From an uncultured Solirubrobacterales bacterium (GTDB taxonomy: Bacteria; Actinomycetota; Thermoleophilia; Solirubrobacterales; Solirubrobacteraceae), in the NCBI GenBank assembly GCA_963718935.1, contig OY970379.1, positions 2,770,108 to 2,834,107 on the forward strand: a DNA stretch of 64,000 nt, written 5' to 3'. Of this stretch, positions 1-8,937 are shown one piece after another; position 1 is the first letter of the stretch; every line of letters begins with the position of its first letter. The notes under the pieces are model-generated. The model was not told where the DNA came from, did not search any database, and saw nothing but the letters and a program-made list of their open reading frames with translations. The position numbers and the translations under genes were made by a program.

Positions 1-1420
1 AGTTGGCGATCCGGGTGAAGCTGACGACATCGAAAGGGTTGACCAGCCACGAGAGATACGCGATCGCGTCCTTGATCTCGGCCCGCTCGTAGAACTTGGT
101 GCCACCGATCACCTGATAGGCGATCTCCCGGCGCACGAGCGTGTCCTCGATCACCCGCGACATGGCGTTCGTGCGATACAGCACCGCGATCTCCGCGCGC
201 GCCGCACCCTCGTCCACCAAGCGCTCGATCTCGCCAACCACGGATCTGGCCTCGGCGTGCTCATCCTCGAGTTCGCGCACCCTGATCGGCTCGCCCTCGC
301 CAAGCTCGCTCCACAGGCGCTTGGCGATTCCGGCCCTGTTGTTGGCAATTACGGCGTTGGCGGCTGAAAGGATCGTCTGCGTCGAGCGATAGTTCTGCTC
401 GAGCTTGACGACCCTTGCGTCCGGAAAGTCGTCCTGGAAGTCGAGGATGTTACGAACGTCCGCGCCTCTGAACCCATAGATCGACTGCGAGTCGTCGCCT
501 ACGACGGCAAGGTTGCGATGGCCGACCGGAGCCGCATAAGACGGGCGCTCCGGCGGATTGGCTTGGTCTCGTCCGCCCTGCCCCCGGGATCGACCTGCCT
601 CGCCGCCAGCCGCCCGCGCCCGACCAAGCTGACCGCCGGTGAGCAGCCGCAGCAGCCGGTATTGGGCGTGGTTGGTGTCCTGGTACTCGTCTACCAAGAC
701 GTGCCTGAAAGCCTGCACGTAGCGCTCGCGTACCTCCGCATACAGCTCAAACGCGTTGACGGTCCTGAACAGGAGGTCATCGAAGTCCATCGCGTTCATC
801 CGCAACAGGTCGCGCTCGTAGGACTCGTACACCTCGGCGACCATCTCCTCGAAAGGCCCGCCGACCGTCTGCCTGTACTCAGCCGCCGACTGCAGCCGGT
901 TCTTGGCGGCGGAGATCTGGCTATGGATGGCGGCCGGGGTGTAGCGCTTGGGATCGATCCCAAGCTCATCGATGCACCTTTTGGTCAGGCGCCGCGCGTC
1001 GGCTTGGTCGTAGATCGTGAACTGCCTGGTGTATCCCAGGCGGTCCGCTTGGGCCCGCAGGATGCGGGCGCAGGCGGCGTGGAAGGTCATCAGCCACATG
1101 CCGCCGGCGCCTCGCCGCAGGAGCGCCTCCACACGGGAGCGCATCTCCGCTGCCGCCTTGTTCGTGAAAGTGATCGCCAGGATCTCGTTCGGCTGGGCCT
1201 GGCCGGTGTAGATCAGGAACGCGATCCTGTGCGTCAGCACCCTGGTCTTGCCACTGCCCGCGCCCGCGAGGATCAGGAGCGGGCCCTCGCCGTGGGTGAC
1301 CGCCTCGCGCTGAGGCTCGTTCAGGCCCGCCAGCAGCTCGTCGACCTTTGCCTCCTCCTCGGGTGGCGTCTGCCCCGGAGGGCGCGGAATCACGAGCTGG
1401 GCCTGGGCATCATCTGGCAT
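1..1420 (-). CDS. pcrA: ATP-dependent DNA helicase PcrA/UvrD, N-terminal part; runs off the window start
   Basis: Hand translation: LNEPQREAVTHGEGPLLILAGAGSGKTRVLTHRIA (Q motif + Walker A); DEYQDTN Walker B at ~670-700. ATG 1420 lies 7 nt after a TATGCT hexamer; alternative ATG 1432. Absent from the ORF track because it is truncated. Confidence 0.95.
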   Translation of the reverse strand, partial: MPDDAQAQLVIPRPPGQTPPEEEAKVDELLAGLNEPQREAVTHGEGPLLILAGAGSGKTRVLTHRIAFLIYTGQAQPNEILAITFTNKAAAEMRSRVEALLRRGAGGMWLMTFHAACARILRAQADRLGYTRQFTIYDQADARRLTKRCIDELGIDPKRYTPAAIHSQISAAKNRLQSAAEYRQTVGGPFEEMVAEVYESYERDLLRMNAMDFDDLLFRTVNAFELYAEVRERYVQAFRHVLVDEYQDTNHAQYRLLRLLTGGQLGRARAAGGEAGRSRGQGGRDQANPPERPSYAAPVGHRNLAVVGDDSQSIYGFRGADVRNILDFQDDFPDARVVKLEQNYRSTQTILSAANAVIANNRAGIAKRLWSELGEGEPIRVRELEDEHAEARSVVGEIERLVDEGAARAEIAVLYRTNAMSRVIEDTLVRREIAYQVIGGTKFYERAEIKDAIAYLSWLVNPFDVVSFTRIAN

Positions 1421-1508
1421 CGGATCCAGCATAGATGCGGACTCGGCGGGCTAGCGTCCCCTCCCGCCCTTCGCCTTCCGGTCCGTGTGCTCGGCCGGCG
1501 ATCGCGTG

Positions 1509-1922
1509 CTACTCAGAGGACCCGATCCGTTGCAGGACCGGGGCCTCCCCACGGGAGCCCTTCGGCTGGACCGAGGCGCGGTGGTAGCGCCTGGTCTTGG
1601 GGTCGCGCTCGAGCAGGCCCGCCGCGACGAGCGTGGTCACGTAGCGGAAGGTGGTGCTCGTCCCCAACCCGAGGATGCCCGCCAGCTCGTTGATGCCGAG
1701 CGTGCGGCCATCTTCGGGGAAACAGCTGAACACGATCAGGCCGGTCAGCAGCGAGCGCGAGATCAGGGGACCGTCTTTGTCGATCGAGCGGTACGCCTCG
1801 GCGAGCCGGGCATGGTCGGCAAGCCCGTTGAGCGCACCCGCCACCCCTCCCTCGCGCTTGGCCTGAAGCAAGACCTGATTGACCTGCGAACGAGAAAGCG
1901 TTATCGAGATCCCGTCGGTCAC
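1509..1922 (-). CDS. Small IclR-type winged-HTH protein lacking the IclR effector domain
   Basis: SRSLLTGLIVFSCF..GINELAGILGLGTSTTFRYVTTLVAAGLLERDPKTRRY matches the IclR N-terminal HTH. Start uncertain (GTG 1922 preferred; ORF extends to 1973). Confidence 0.8.
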   Translation of the reverse strand: MTDGISITLSRSQVNQVLLQAKREGGVAGALNGLADHARLAEAYRSIDKDGPLISRSLLTGLIVFSCFPEDGRTLGINELAGILGLGTSTTFRYVTTLVAAGLLERDPKTRRYHRASVQPKGSRGEAPVLQRIGSSE

Positions 1923-1949
1923 GATCGTGACATGCGGTCGAGAATTAGA

Positions 1950-1980
1950 GGGCCGGGTGCCGTGGGGTAGCACCCGGCCC
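1950..1980. repeat. 11-bp perfect inverted repeat GGGCCGGGTGC-N9-GCACCCGGCCC (hairpin or operator)
   Basis: Read directly; lies between the terpene synthase stop and the IclR-like gene start; no U-tract. Confidence 0.6.
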
Positions 1981-2104
1981 CATCTCTGGCGAGACTGGGA
2001 CTAACGGAACCCATGACCAGCCGCGTCGCGCCCGCACGCCGTATGTACACGGCGCCTCTCGCGCGGGCGCGACATCCGGCTTTCATGGCTGTCCTCGGTC
2101 ACCG

Positions 2105-3349
2105 TTACCGATCTTGACGTGGCAACGCCGGCCTCGCAAGTCCGCTGGCGGAGTATTCCTCTAGCGGATACCAGGGCCTGGCAAGTCCTCCGCCTGGCAG
2201 GCCCAGCGACGATGCCAGAGCGAAGCGGCGATCGGAAAGACGGTGCAGGAACCGGCGTGTGCTCAGAATGGCCATCGTGGGCGCTGACAGGCCGCCAATT
2301 GCGCCCAGAACCCGTTCGCTGGTCAAGCGTGCGCCGGGCAGCCAGGCCCGGCTGTCGGACAGGTAGAGGCCGACCATGCCGGCGAGGATAAGGGTGTGCT
2401 CGACTCCCACCGAGTCCGCCCGGGCGCGGGCGTCGAGCGTCAAGCGCTCCAGACGCGAGGCCATTTCCTGTTCGCTGGCATAGTGCGCCAGCAGGTTGTG
2501 CTGGGCGTGGGCGGCATCTTCCTCGCGGTCGATCAGGCTGTCGAGCAATGTGTGCAGCCCTCCGAGCCATGGCCAGTAGAGCGACTCGATCGCCTGGACG
2601 CGCTCGCGAGACAGAGTCCGGTCCGCGGCGGCCGAGAGCAGCGCGAGTGCGGTGAGCGACGACCCGGCCGCGGCCGCGAGCTCCCACCAGCGCCGTCCGT
2701 CATCCTGCGGCTGCTGCAGCTCGCCCCAGCAGGCGAGCGCCGCATAGCTCTCGCTCCCGGCGAGGTTGACGTAGCTCTGATAGAAGACGATTCGCCGAGC
2801 GTGTGCGCGAACCGGCGATGCCACGATCTCGTAGGAGGGCAACGCGGCGAGCATCGCGCGAACGCGCCGCACCAAGCCGGCCAGATAGCCACCGTCCCGG
2901 CGGCGCGTGCTGTGGGCGTAGTAGTCGATCTGCGGACTGTCCGGCGAGAGCGCCAACACGAGCGCGCTGTGCAGCTGGCGGGCATTGGCGGCCGGCTCCG
3001 CGCATGGCTGCTCCATCACGGCATCGACGTACTGGTAGATGCTTTGCAGCGCGATCAAGAGCCGCACCACCTCCGGTCGGCACTCCGAAGAGGCGAACGC
3101 CGCAAACGCCGCTGCGCCCTCGAGGCTGACCCAGTCTCGGCGAAAGCTCTCGAGCGCGAGCCGACGCAGCACCGGATCCGGGATCTCCGCAGCCTGTGCG
3201 CGCAACGTTCGCAACTCGTTACGCGCAAGCGGAACTATGTGCAGCCAGTAGCAACTGGCCGCCGCGACGAACGCGCTCCCCAACTGATGCCGATCGTCGA
3301 GCTGATGAGACACTCCCGATAGATTGCCACCCCTGGAGAGCTCGTACAA
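2105..3349 (-). CDS. DUF2600 / YtpB (tetraprenyl-beta-curcumene synthase)-like large-terpene synthase
   Basis: Colinear motifs with B. subtilis YtpB: LEG-A (CEGG), ALQSIYQYVD (AYQTISDYLD), LH-AL--AL, DYY, DGGYL--LV, WWELAAAAGSSL (WYEFSACAGSTL), YWPWLGGLHTLLDSLIDREED (YFPYIQGLHILLDYLIDQEED), GLYLSD. Start TTG 3349 or GTG 3313. Confidence 0.85.
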   Translation of the reverse strand: MYELSRGGNLSGVSHQLDDRHQLGSAFVAAASCYWLHIVPLARNELRTLRAQAAEIPDPVLRRLALESFRRDWVSLEGAAAFAAFASSECRPEVVRLLIALQSIYQYVDAVMEQPCAEPAANARQLHSALVLALSPDSPQIDYYAHSTRRRDGGYLAGLVRRVRAMLAALPSYEIVASPVRAHARRIVFYQSYVNLAGSESYAALACWGELQQPQDDGRRWWELAAAAGSSLTALALLSAAADRTLSRERVQAIESLYWPWLGGLHTLLDSLIDREEDAAHAQHNLLAHYASEQEMASRLERLTLDARARADSVGVEHTLILAGMVGLYLSDSRAWLPGARLTSERVLGAIGGLSAPTMAILSTRRFLHRLSDRRFALASSLGLPGGGLARPWYPLEEYSASGLARPALPRQDR

Positions 3350-3358
3350 CCGTTGTCC

Positions 3359-5920
3359 CTATCCCTCCTGAAACCCAGCCCGCGGGGACACCCTAGAGGC
3401 CGAATAGCCCGGTAGCGCAATCACGGCCAGCGCGATTCCGACGAGTAGCAGCAACGTGAACGCCACCTGCAGCCCACCGAAGCCGAAGGGCGCCGGGAAG
3501 CCGGAGCTGATCTGTAGATAGCGATCCGCCAGCGCGTGCGCAAAGACCCCCAGGACCACTCCGTCGACGCAGCCAATTCCGATTACGACGGCGCTCTCCA
3601 GCAGCAAGCTGCGCCACAACTGCCAGTGATCGAATCCCTGTGCCTGCAAGGCGGCCAGGCGGGCTCGTCGTTGATAGATGGCCGTCGACAGGGCGCTGGC
3701 GAGCGCGAGCGCGGCCACGACCAGGAGCAGCGTCGAGATGTCGCCAAGCGTCTTGAGCCCCTGATGCACACTTTGCTCGACTTCGGCGACCCGTTCCGCC
3801 GAGGTCTGAACGCGCAGCCCCGACTGGCCGGCGAGCAGCGTCTTGACGGCTTCCCTGCCCGCGATCGGCGTCACACCGGGCAGGAGGCTCAGCGACAGCG
3901 CGGTCGGAGCGCTCGTCCGCCAGTAGCGGCTGTAGTCGACCGTGTTGAGGATGATCGTCCCCGAAGGCCAGCCCATGTTTGTCGTGATCGCCGCGACCCG
4001 GAAAGGGACGAGTCCCGACGGTGTCGGAAGCATGAACGTGGAGCCCAGGCCAAGGCCGTGTTCCCCGGCGAAGCCGCTGGAGACAGTCGCCCATCCTCCC
4101 GCGCGCAGCCGCGCGTTGGCCTCGGCGAGATCGCCTTCGTGCAGTTGGCTTGAAAGCACCATCGAACGAGCGCTGCGGGGAACGGCGAGGATCCAGAGGC
4201 GATGGGTTCCGAGATCGACGAAGCCCCCTTGGTGGACTTGAACAGCACCGATGACCCCGCCGCCCGCCTTCAGCGCCCCCGGACGCTGCAGCCTGAAGCT
4301 ATCGGCGTCGAAGATATTGCCGTCGGGCGTCACCCACACTGGCGCCGAGCCCCACTCCTGAGCAATCGCCTCGTCCAATCCACGCAGCAAATCGTGGCGG
4401 GCGCCGCCCACGGAGACAGATCCGAAGACCGCCAGCGCGGCCACGCTGGCGAGCGCGATCGAACGCGTTGCGATCGCATCCATTTCGATTGCGGTCACGG
4501 CGAGCATCCCTCCGTGGTGCCGGCGAGCGACGTGTCGCAGAAGACTCGAGGCGGCTCTGAACAGAAGCGGGATCAGACAGACCGCGGCGAGCGCGAGCAG
4601 CACGCCGCCGAGGAGAGCAAGCGAGGCGTCGAAGGCAACCCCGACGCCAACGAGCGCGACCAGCGCCAGCCCGAGGGCGGCCAGTCCCAGCGCGGTGCGA
4701 CGGGTGATCGCTTGGCCCGGCTCCCCGTGCTCCTGCAGTACCGCATCGACCGGTCGCGCCGACCGTAGATCGAAGACGGGCGCCAACGAGACGAGCAGTG
4801 CCGCGGCGAGGCCACAGCCGAACGCCACGACGACGGTGCTCAGGTGCACGGTTTGGCTGGCGGTCACCGGGAACACGGTCGTCAGAAAGGTCGGCGTCTG
4901 ATGAAACAGGGTGCGCGCCAGCAGCTCGCCCGCGAAGATGCCGACGCAAGAGGCGAACGCACCGAGCACCAACGCCTGAAAGACAGCGATGCTGAGCACC
5001 TGACCGGTGTCAAAGCCCTGCACCCGCATGTCGGCGATCGCCCGCCGCCGCTCGGGCACGGTCAGCAGCATCGCGTTGAGGGCAAGCAGGAACCCGACCA
5101 TCGCGGCGATTGCCACGAACAGCGAGGTCGACTGGTCTACGGGCTTGGCGGCTGTCTCGGCGAGGGCCAGTTCTCGGTCCGCTGGCTCGACGTCGAGTGT
5201 CTGACCGGCGATGGAGCGCAGCTCGCTCTGAACCTGACGATAGGCGCCGGGCGCCGGCTCGACGAGGACCTCGCTGATCTGACCGCTCGCCCCAGAGATC
5301 CGCTGGGCATAGGGCAGCAGCGTCACCACGATCGTCGCGGAGGCGAGCGGTCCGATCGCGTCGGAGCTCAGCACGGCGCGCACGTCCACGGTATGGGCCA
5401 CACCGTCGACCACCAACGTCGTCGCCTGCCCCGCTTCAGCCCCGATCGCGGTCGCGAGGCTCTCCGGAACGCCCACCCCGTGCACCAGCAGCAACCCTTC
5501 GGCGCCCAGCCCCTTGGTGACCGTCCCACCGAGCGTGGTCAGGCCCGCACCGGCGCCGATGAACTGCACACGCTCACGCCGCGAGGGGCCCTCGATCACG
5601 GCGCTCTGGCGCAGCAGCGGGGCTGACGCGCGTACGCCCGGCAACGCGGCGATGCGCTCCGCAATCCGATGACTGAACGTGCTGGGCGAGCGCGCCACCA
5701 CCTGCAGGTCAGCCGAGCCGCCGAGTGCGTGAATATCGGCGTTCACCGAGCTGACGATGCTGCCGTTGGCGACGAGCACCCCAAACACGAGCGCTACGCC
5801 AACGGCGATGCCGGCGCCTGCCAGCAACTCTGTGACCGCGTGGTCGCGCAGGCGCCGTATATAGAGGCCGCACAGCACACTCAGACGAACACCGAAGACG
5901 AGTGGGTTCAGGCGCCTCAT
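3359..5920 (-). CDS. FtsX/MacB-family ABC permease with duplicated architecture
   Basis: 853 aa; two TM bundles with 'V.ERRR.IA.MRVQG' and 'IYQRRARLAALQAQG' FtsX-type motifs, two large extracytoplasmic loops; TGATG overlap with the upstream ATPase. Confidence 0.9.
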   Translation of the reverse strand: MRRLNPLVFGVRLSVLCGLYIRRLRDHAVTELLAGAGIAVGVALVFGVLVANGSIVSSVNADIHALGGSADLQVVARSPSTFSHRIAERIAALPGVRASAPLLRQSAVIEGPSRRERVQFIGAGAGLTTLGGTVTKGLGAEGLLLVHGVGVPESLATAIGAEAGQATTLVVDGVAHTVDVRAVLSSDAIGPLASATIVVTLLPYAQRISGASGQISEVLVEPAPGAYRQVQSELRSIAGQTLDVEPADRELALAETAAKPVDQSTSLFVAIAAMVGFLLALNAMLLTVPERRRAIADMRVQGFDTGQVLSIAVFQALVLGAFASCVGIFAGELLARTLFHQTPTFLTTVFPVTASQTVHLSTVVVAFGCGLAAALLVSLAPVFDLRSARPVDAVLQEHGEPGQAITRRTALGLAALGLALVALVGVGVAFDASLALLGGVLLALAAVCLIPLLFRAASSLLRHVARRHHGGMLAVTAIEMDAIATRSIALASVAALAVFGSVSVGGARHDLLRGLDEAIAQEWGSAPVWVTPDGNIFDADSFRLQRPGALKAGGGVIGAVQVHQGGFVDLGTHRLWILAVPRSARSMVLSSQLHEGDLAEANARLRAGGWATVSSGFAGEHGLGLGSTFMLPTPSGLVPFRVAAITTNMGWPSGTIILNTVDYSRYWRTSAPTALSLSLLPGVTPIAGREAVKTLLAGQSGLRVQTSAERVAEVEQSVHQGLKTLGDISTLLLVVAALALASALSTAIYQRRARLAALQAQGFDHWQLWRSLLLESAVVIGIGCVDGVVLGVFAHALADRYLQISSGFPAPFGFGGLQVAFTLLLLVGIALAVIALPGYSASRVSPRAGFQEG

Positions 5921-6621
5921 CAGGCGAGCGAGGCGTACAGCTCGAGGTCCAGCCCCTCGCTGAGCCGTCCGTCGCGCAAAGTGCAGACACGGTCGACGAA
6001 CGTCGTCGCCTGGGGGTCGTGGGTGACCAGCATGATCGGGATGTTCTGCTCGCGGCAGATCTCGGAGAGCAGCGCCAGGATCTCGCGACTGCGCTTGGAG
6101 TCAAGGTTGCCGGTCGGCTCGTCGGCCAGCAATATGCGCGGACTATTCGCGAGCGCGCGAGCAATCGCCACGCGCTGACGCTCACCCATCGACAGTTCGG
6201 CTGGCGTGTGACTCATCCGTTCCCCCAGCCCCACCCGCTCCAGCCACGGATGAGCCATCCGAGCGGCCTCCCCGAGACTCATCCCGAGCGCGAGCAGCTT
6301 CAGCGCGGCGTTGTCGAGCGCCGAGGCGCCTGGCATCAGTTGAAAGGATTGGAAGACGACGCCGGTCTGCTCGCGCCGGTAGCGCGCACTATCGCGCGCG
6401 CCCAGGTTGCTGATCTCGCGGCCTTCGAAGGAGACGCTGCCTTCGTCGGGCTGCATGATCGCGGCCGCGAGCAGCAGAAGCGTGCTCTTGCCTGATCCAC
6501 TCGGCCCGTACAGGGCCACGAACTCGCCCTGCGCGATGCTCAGCGAAACCCGATCTACGGCGTTGACGGTCTCCCCCGCGCCCACGTAGCGCTTTGAGAC
6601 CTCACACAGCTGGAGCGTCAC
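5920..6621 (-). CDS. ABC ATPase (LolD/MacB type), canonical motifs
   Basis: Walker A GPSGSGKS, signature LSMGERQR, Walker B ILLADEP, H-loop VTHD. Confidence 0.95.
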   Translation of the reverse strand: MTLQLCEVSKRYVGAGETVNAVDRVSLSIAQGEFVALYGPSGSGKSTLLLLAAAIMQPDEGSVSFEGREISNLGARDSARYRREQTGVVFQSFQLMPGASALDNAALKLLALGMSLGEAARMAHPWLERVGLGERMSHTPAELSMGERQRVAIARALANSPRILLADEPTGNLDSKRSREILALLSEICREQNIPIMLVTHDPQATTFVDRVCTLRDGRLSEGLDLELYASLA

Positions 6622-7361
6622 GACACACCGAGGCCGCCGCGTCGCTCGCTCAGACTGATCACCTTGCGGCGACTGTCGGCCGAATACAGCCGGCCGCCGT
6701 CGAGGCTCATGATCCGGATCCGGCTTCCCCCGCGCAGAGCTGCGACCTCTTCAGAGGCAATCACAAGCGAGCAGCCGATGCGCTTGGGCAGCGCGTGCAG
6801 AAGCGTGTACATCTCCCTGGCCTCGGCCGGTTTGGTTATGACCGCCGGCTCATCGACGAGCAGCAGTCCCGGTTCGCGCGCGATCGCCCGGGCCAGTTCG
6901 ACGCGCAGACGCTCGCCCAGCCCTAGCCTTGCGACCGATACGTAGGCGAGCTCGGACGCATCCACGTCGTGCAGCGCCCGCCGGGCACAGTCCTCGGCTC
7001 GGGCAATCGTCAGGCCCTCGCTGAAGAGCGGCATCGCGACATGCTCGATCGCGAGCCTCCCGTCCCCCAACCTCGAGTCGCCGCGGACAAGCGCAATTCC
7101 GCCGTGGCGTCTGGTGTGAGCACGCTGGTCGGGGCGCAGCTTGGAGAGCGAGCGCCCGCGCCAGAGCACCTCCCCCTCGTCTGGCGTGTCCAGGCCGGAC
7201 GCAAGGCGCAGCAACGTCGTCTTGCCGGCCCGGCGCGAGGCGAGCACGCCGAGGATCTCGCCTTCGTGGAGCTCGAAGGAGACCCGGTCCAGCACAGCCA
7301 GCGGACGCAGGCCGTCACGGAAGCGCTTGGTGACCTCGCGAAACTCGAGGAGCGCGCTCAT
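6618..7361 (-). CDS. ABC ATPase-like protein with degenerate motifs
   Basis: Walker A ASRRAGKT, signature LGLGERLR, Walker B LLVDEP, H-loop region ASEE. ATG 7361 overlaps the PadR stop (ATGA). Confidence 0.85.
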   Translation of the reverse strand: MSALLEFREVTKRFRDGLRPLAVLDRVSFELHEGEILGVLASRRAGKTTLLRLASGLDTPDEGEVLWRGRSLSKLRPDQRAHTRRHGGIALVRGDSRLGDGRLAIEHVAMPLFSEGLTIARAEDCARRALHDVDASELAYVSVARLGLGERLRVELARAIAREPGLLLVDEPAVITKPAEAREMYTLLHALPKRIGCSLVIASEEVAALRGGSRIRIMSLDGGRLYSADSRRKVISLSERRGGLGVS

Positions 7362-7945
7362 TGCCGTCGTTCGGCGAGAAACTCGTCGAGCACCTGGCAG
7401 GTTTCCCCGACCCACTCGGCTTCCGCCTTCAGCCGCTTGTCGACCGCCGACCGATGCAGGCTCATGACAGTTCCCAACCACGACACCCGCGGTGTTTCGG
7501 TCTCGGCGTTCTCTTCCATCTCTTCGATCAGATCTACCCGCAATTCGTTCAGCGCACGCAACAGCTCCGGGATCTCCTCCTCGGTGCAGAACGCCAGTCG
7601 CGCGTGAATGTCGGCGCGCACGATGCTCGCGGTCGGAGGCGCGACCAGCCAGTCCCGGCGCGCCTGTATGGCCCTTTCGGTCGGATAGAAGAATCGCCGC
7701 GTATATGGCGGCTCGTCGATCGTTCGCTCTTCAGACCAAACGAGGCCCGCGTCTTCGAGCTGTTTGAGCACGGGATAGATGTGCTTGGCCTGTACCCGCC
7801 AGGAAGCCCCCATGCGTCGGTTTATGCGCTTGGCGACCTCATATCCGTAGGTCGGACCCTCGAGCAGCACGGCCAACGCCGCCGCCTTGACAGGCGGCAT
7901 GGCTTCAGCGGTGGACGCCTCGTTGCGTGCCTTCATACTAGCCAT
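7358..7945 (-). CDS. PadR-family transcriptional regulator (long form with C-terminal helical domain)
   Basis: LAVLLEGPTYGYEVAK...IYPVLKQLEDAGLV...RRFFYPT..W; C-terminal AEAEW. Start could be ATG 7945, 7936 or 7900. Confidence 0.9.
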   Translation of the reverse strand: MASMKARNEASTAEAMPPVKAAALAVLLEGPTYGYEVAKRINRRMGASWRVQAKHIYPVLKQLEDAGLVWSEERTIDEPPYTRRFFYPTERAIQARRDWLVAPPTASIVRADIHARLAFCTEEEIPELLRALNELRVDLIEEMEENAETETPRVSWLGTVMSLHRSAVDKRLKAEAEWVGETCQVLDEFLAERRQ

Positions 7946-7959
7946 TCAGTCTCTACCAG

Positions 7960-7965
7960 ATATTA
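7960..7965 (-). promoter_or_regulatory. Candidate -10 element (TAATAT) for the padR operon in an AT-rich intergenic region
   Basis: TANNNT hexamer 14 nt upstream of ATG 7945; sequence match only. Confidence 0.3.
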
Positions 7966-8119
7966 GAACGTTAGTTACCCACTCGTTACGATCCTACAAA
8001 TCGGAATATGACGATGAACGCTCTCTTTGACAAGGGTCGTTTCTGACTACGCCCGATACGCCCGCCCCCACAAGGGCTGACTCCCAAGACGCATCCGGTC
8101 GTGTTGGCCTGTGCCCGCG

Positions 8120-8863
8120 CTAGCCCCCAGCCGGGTTCGGTCCGCGCACCGTGCGCAGCGATGTGACCTCGGCGACCTGCTCCTCGGGTTGCTCGCCCGA
8201 GAGCTCGCCGACAGCCCGTTCCAGGGCGCCAATCCTGCTCGCCAGACCCTGGATTGCCTCCGCGATCGGATCCGGCAGATGGATCCAGTCCGTGTCGGGA
8301 CCCTCCACGCGCCGCCCATCGATGCGGACGGGATGGCCGGGGTTGCCGACGACCGTGCAGTTCGCCGGCACATCCGTAATGACGACGCTGTTGGCGCCGA
8401 TCTTCGCGCCGTGCCCGATCGTGATCGGTCCGAGCAGCTTCGCGCCCGAGCCGATTGTGACGTTGTCCTGCACCGTCGGATGGCGCTTGCCGGTCGCGAA
8501 CCCGGTGCCGCCGAGCGTGACCCCCTGATAGAGCGTCACATCCTCGCCGACGTCGGCCGTCTCCCCGATCACGACGCCGGCGCCATGATCGATGAACAGC
8601 CCCGGTCCGATCCTGGCGGCCGGATGGATCTCGATGCCGGTCACCGCGCGGGCAGCCAGTGCGAGCGCACGTGGCGCCACCGGTACCCCGGCCTCGTGCA
8701 GCGCATGCGCCAAGCGATACGCCAGCAGGGCGTGGATTCCCGGCCAGGTCGCCAGGAGCTCGGCATCCCCGACCCCACGCGTGGCGGGGTCGCGCTCGCG
8801 CGCGGCGGCCACGTCGCGCCTTAGCTCGCCCACGAGCCGCCCCAGGGCGCCATCTCCGAACAT
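8120..8863 (-). CDS. cysE: Serine O-acetyltransferase
   Basis: ARERDPA, TWPGIHALLAYRLAH, TGIEIHPAARIG.GLFIDHG.GVVIGETA, TLYQGVTLGGTG..KRHP hexapeptide repeats; start set at ATG 8863. Confidence 0.95.
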   Translation of the reverse strand: MFGDGALGRLVGELRRDVAAARERDPATRGVGDAELLATWPGIHALLAYRLAHALHEAGVPVAPRALALAARAVTGIEIHPAARIGPGLFIDHGAGVVIGETADVGEDVTLYQGVTLGGTGFATGKRHPTVQDNVTIGSGAKLLGPITIGHGAKIGANSVVITDVPANCTVVGNPGHPVRIDGRRVEGPDTDWIHLPDPIAEAIQGLASRIGALERAVGELSGEQPEEQVAEVTSLRTVRGPNPAGG

Positions 8864-8937
8864 GCCCCAAGCGTAGCGCCGGCGCAAGCGGCCTCCCGAC
8901 GCGCTCACGGGCCTGGACGCCCCGCGCCCAGGCGAAC

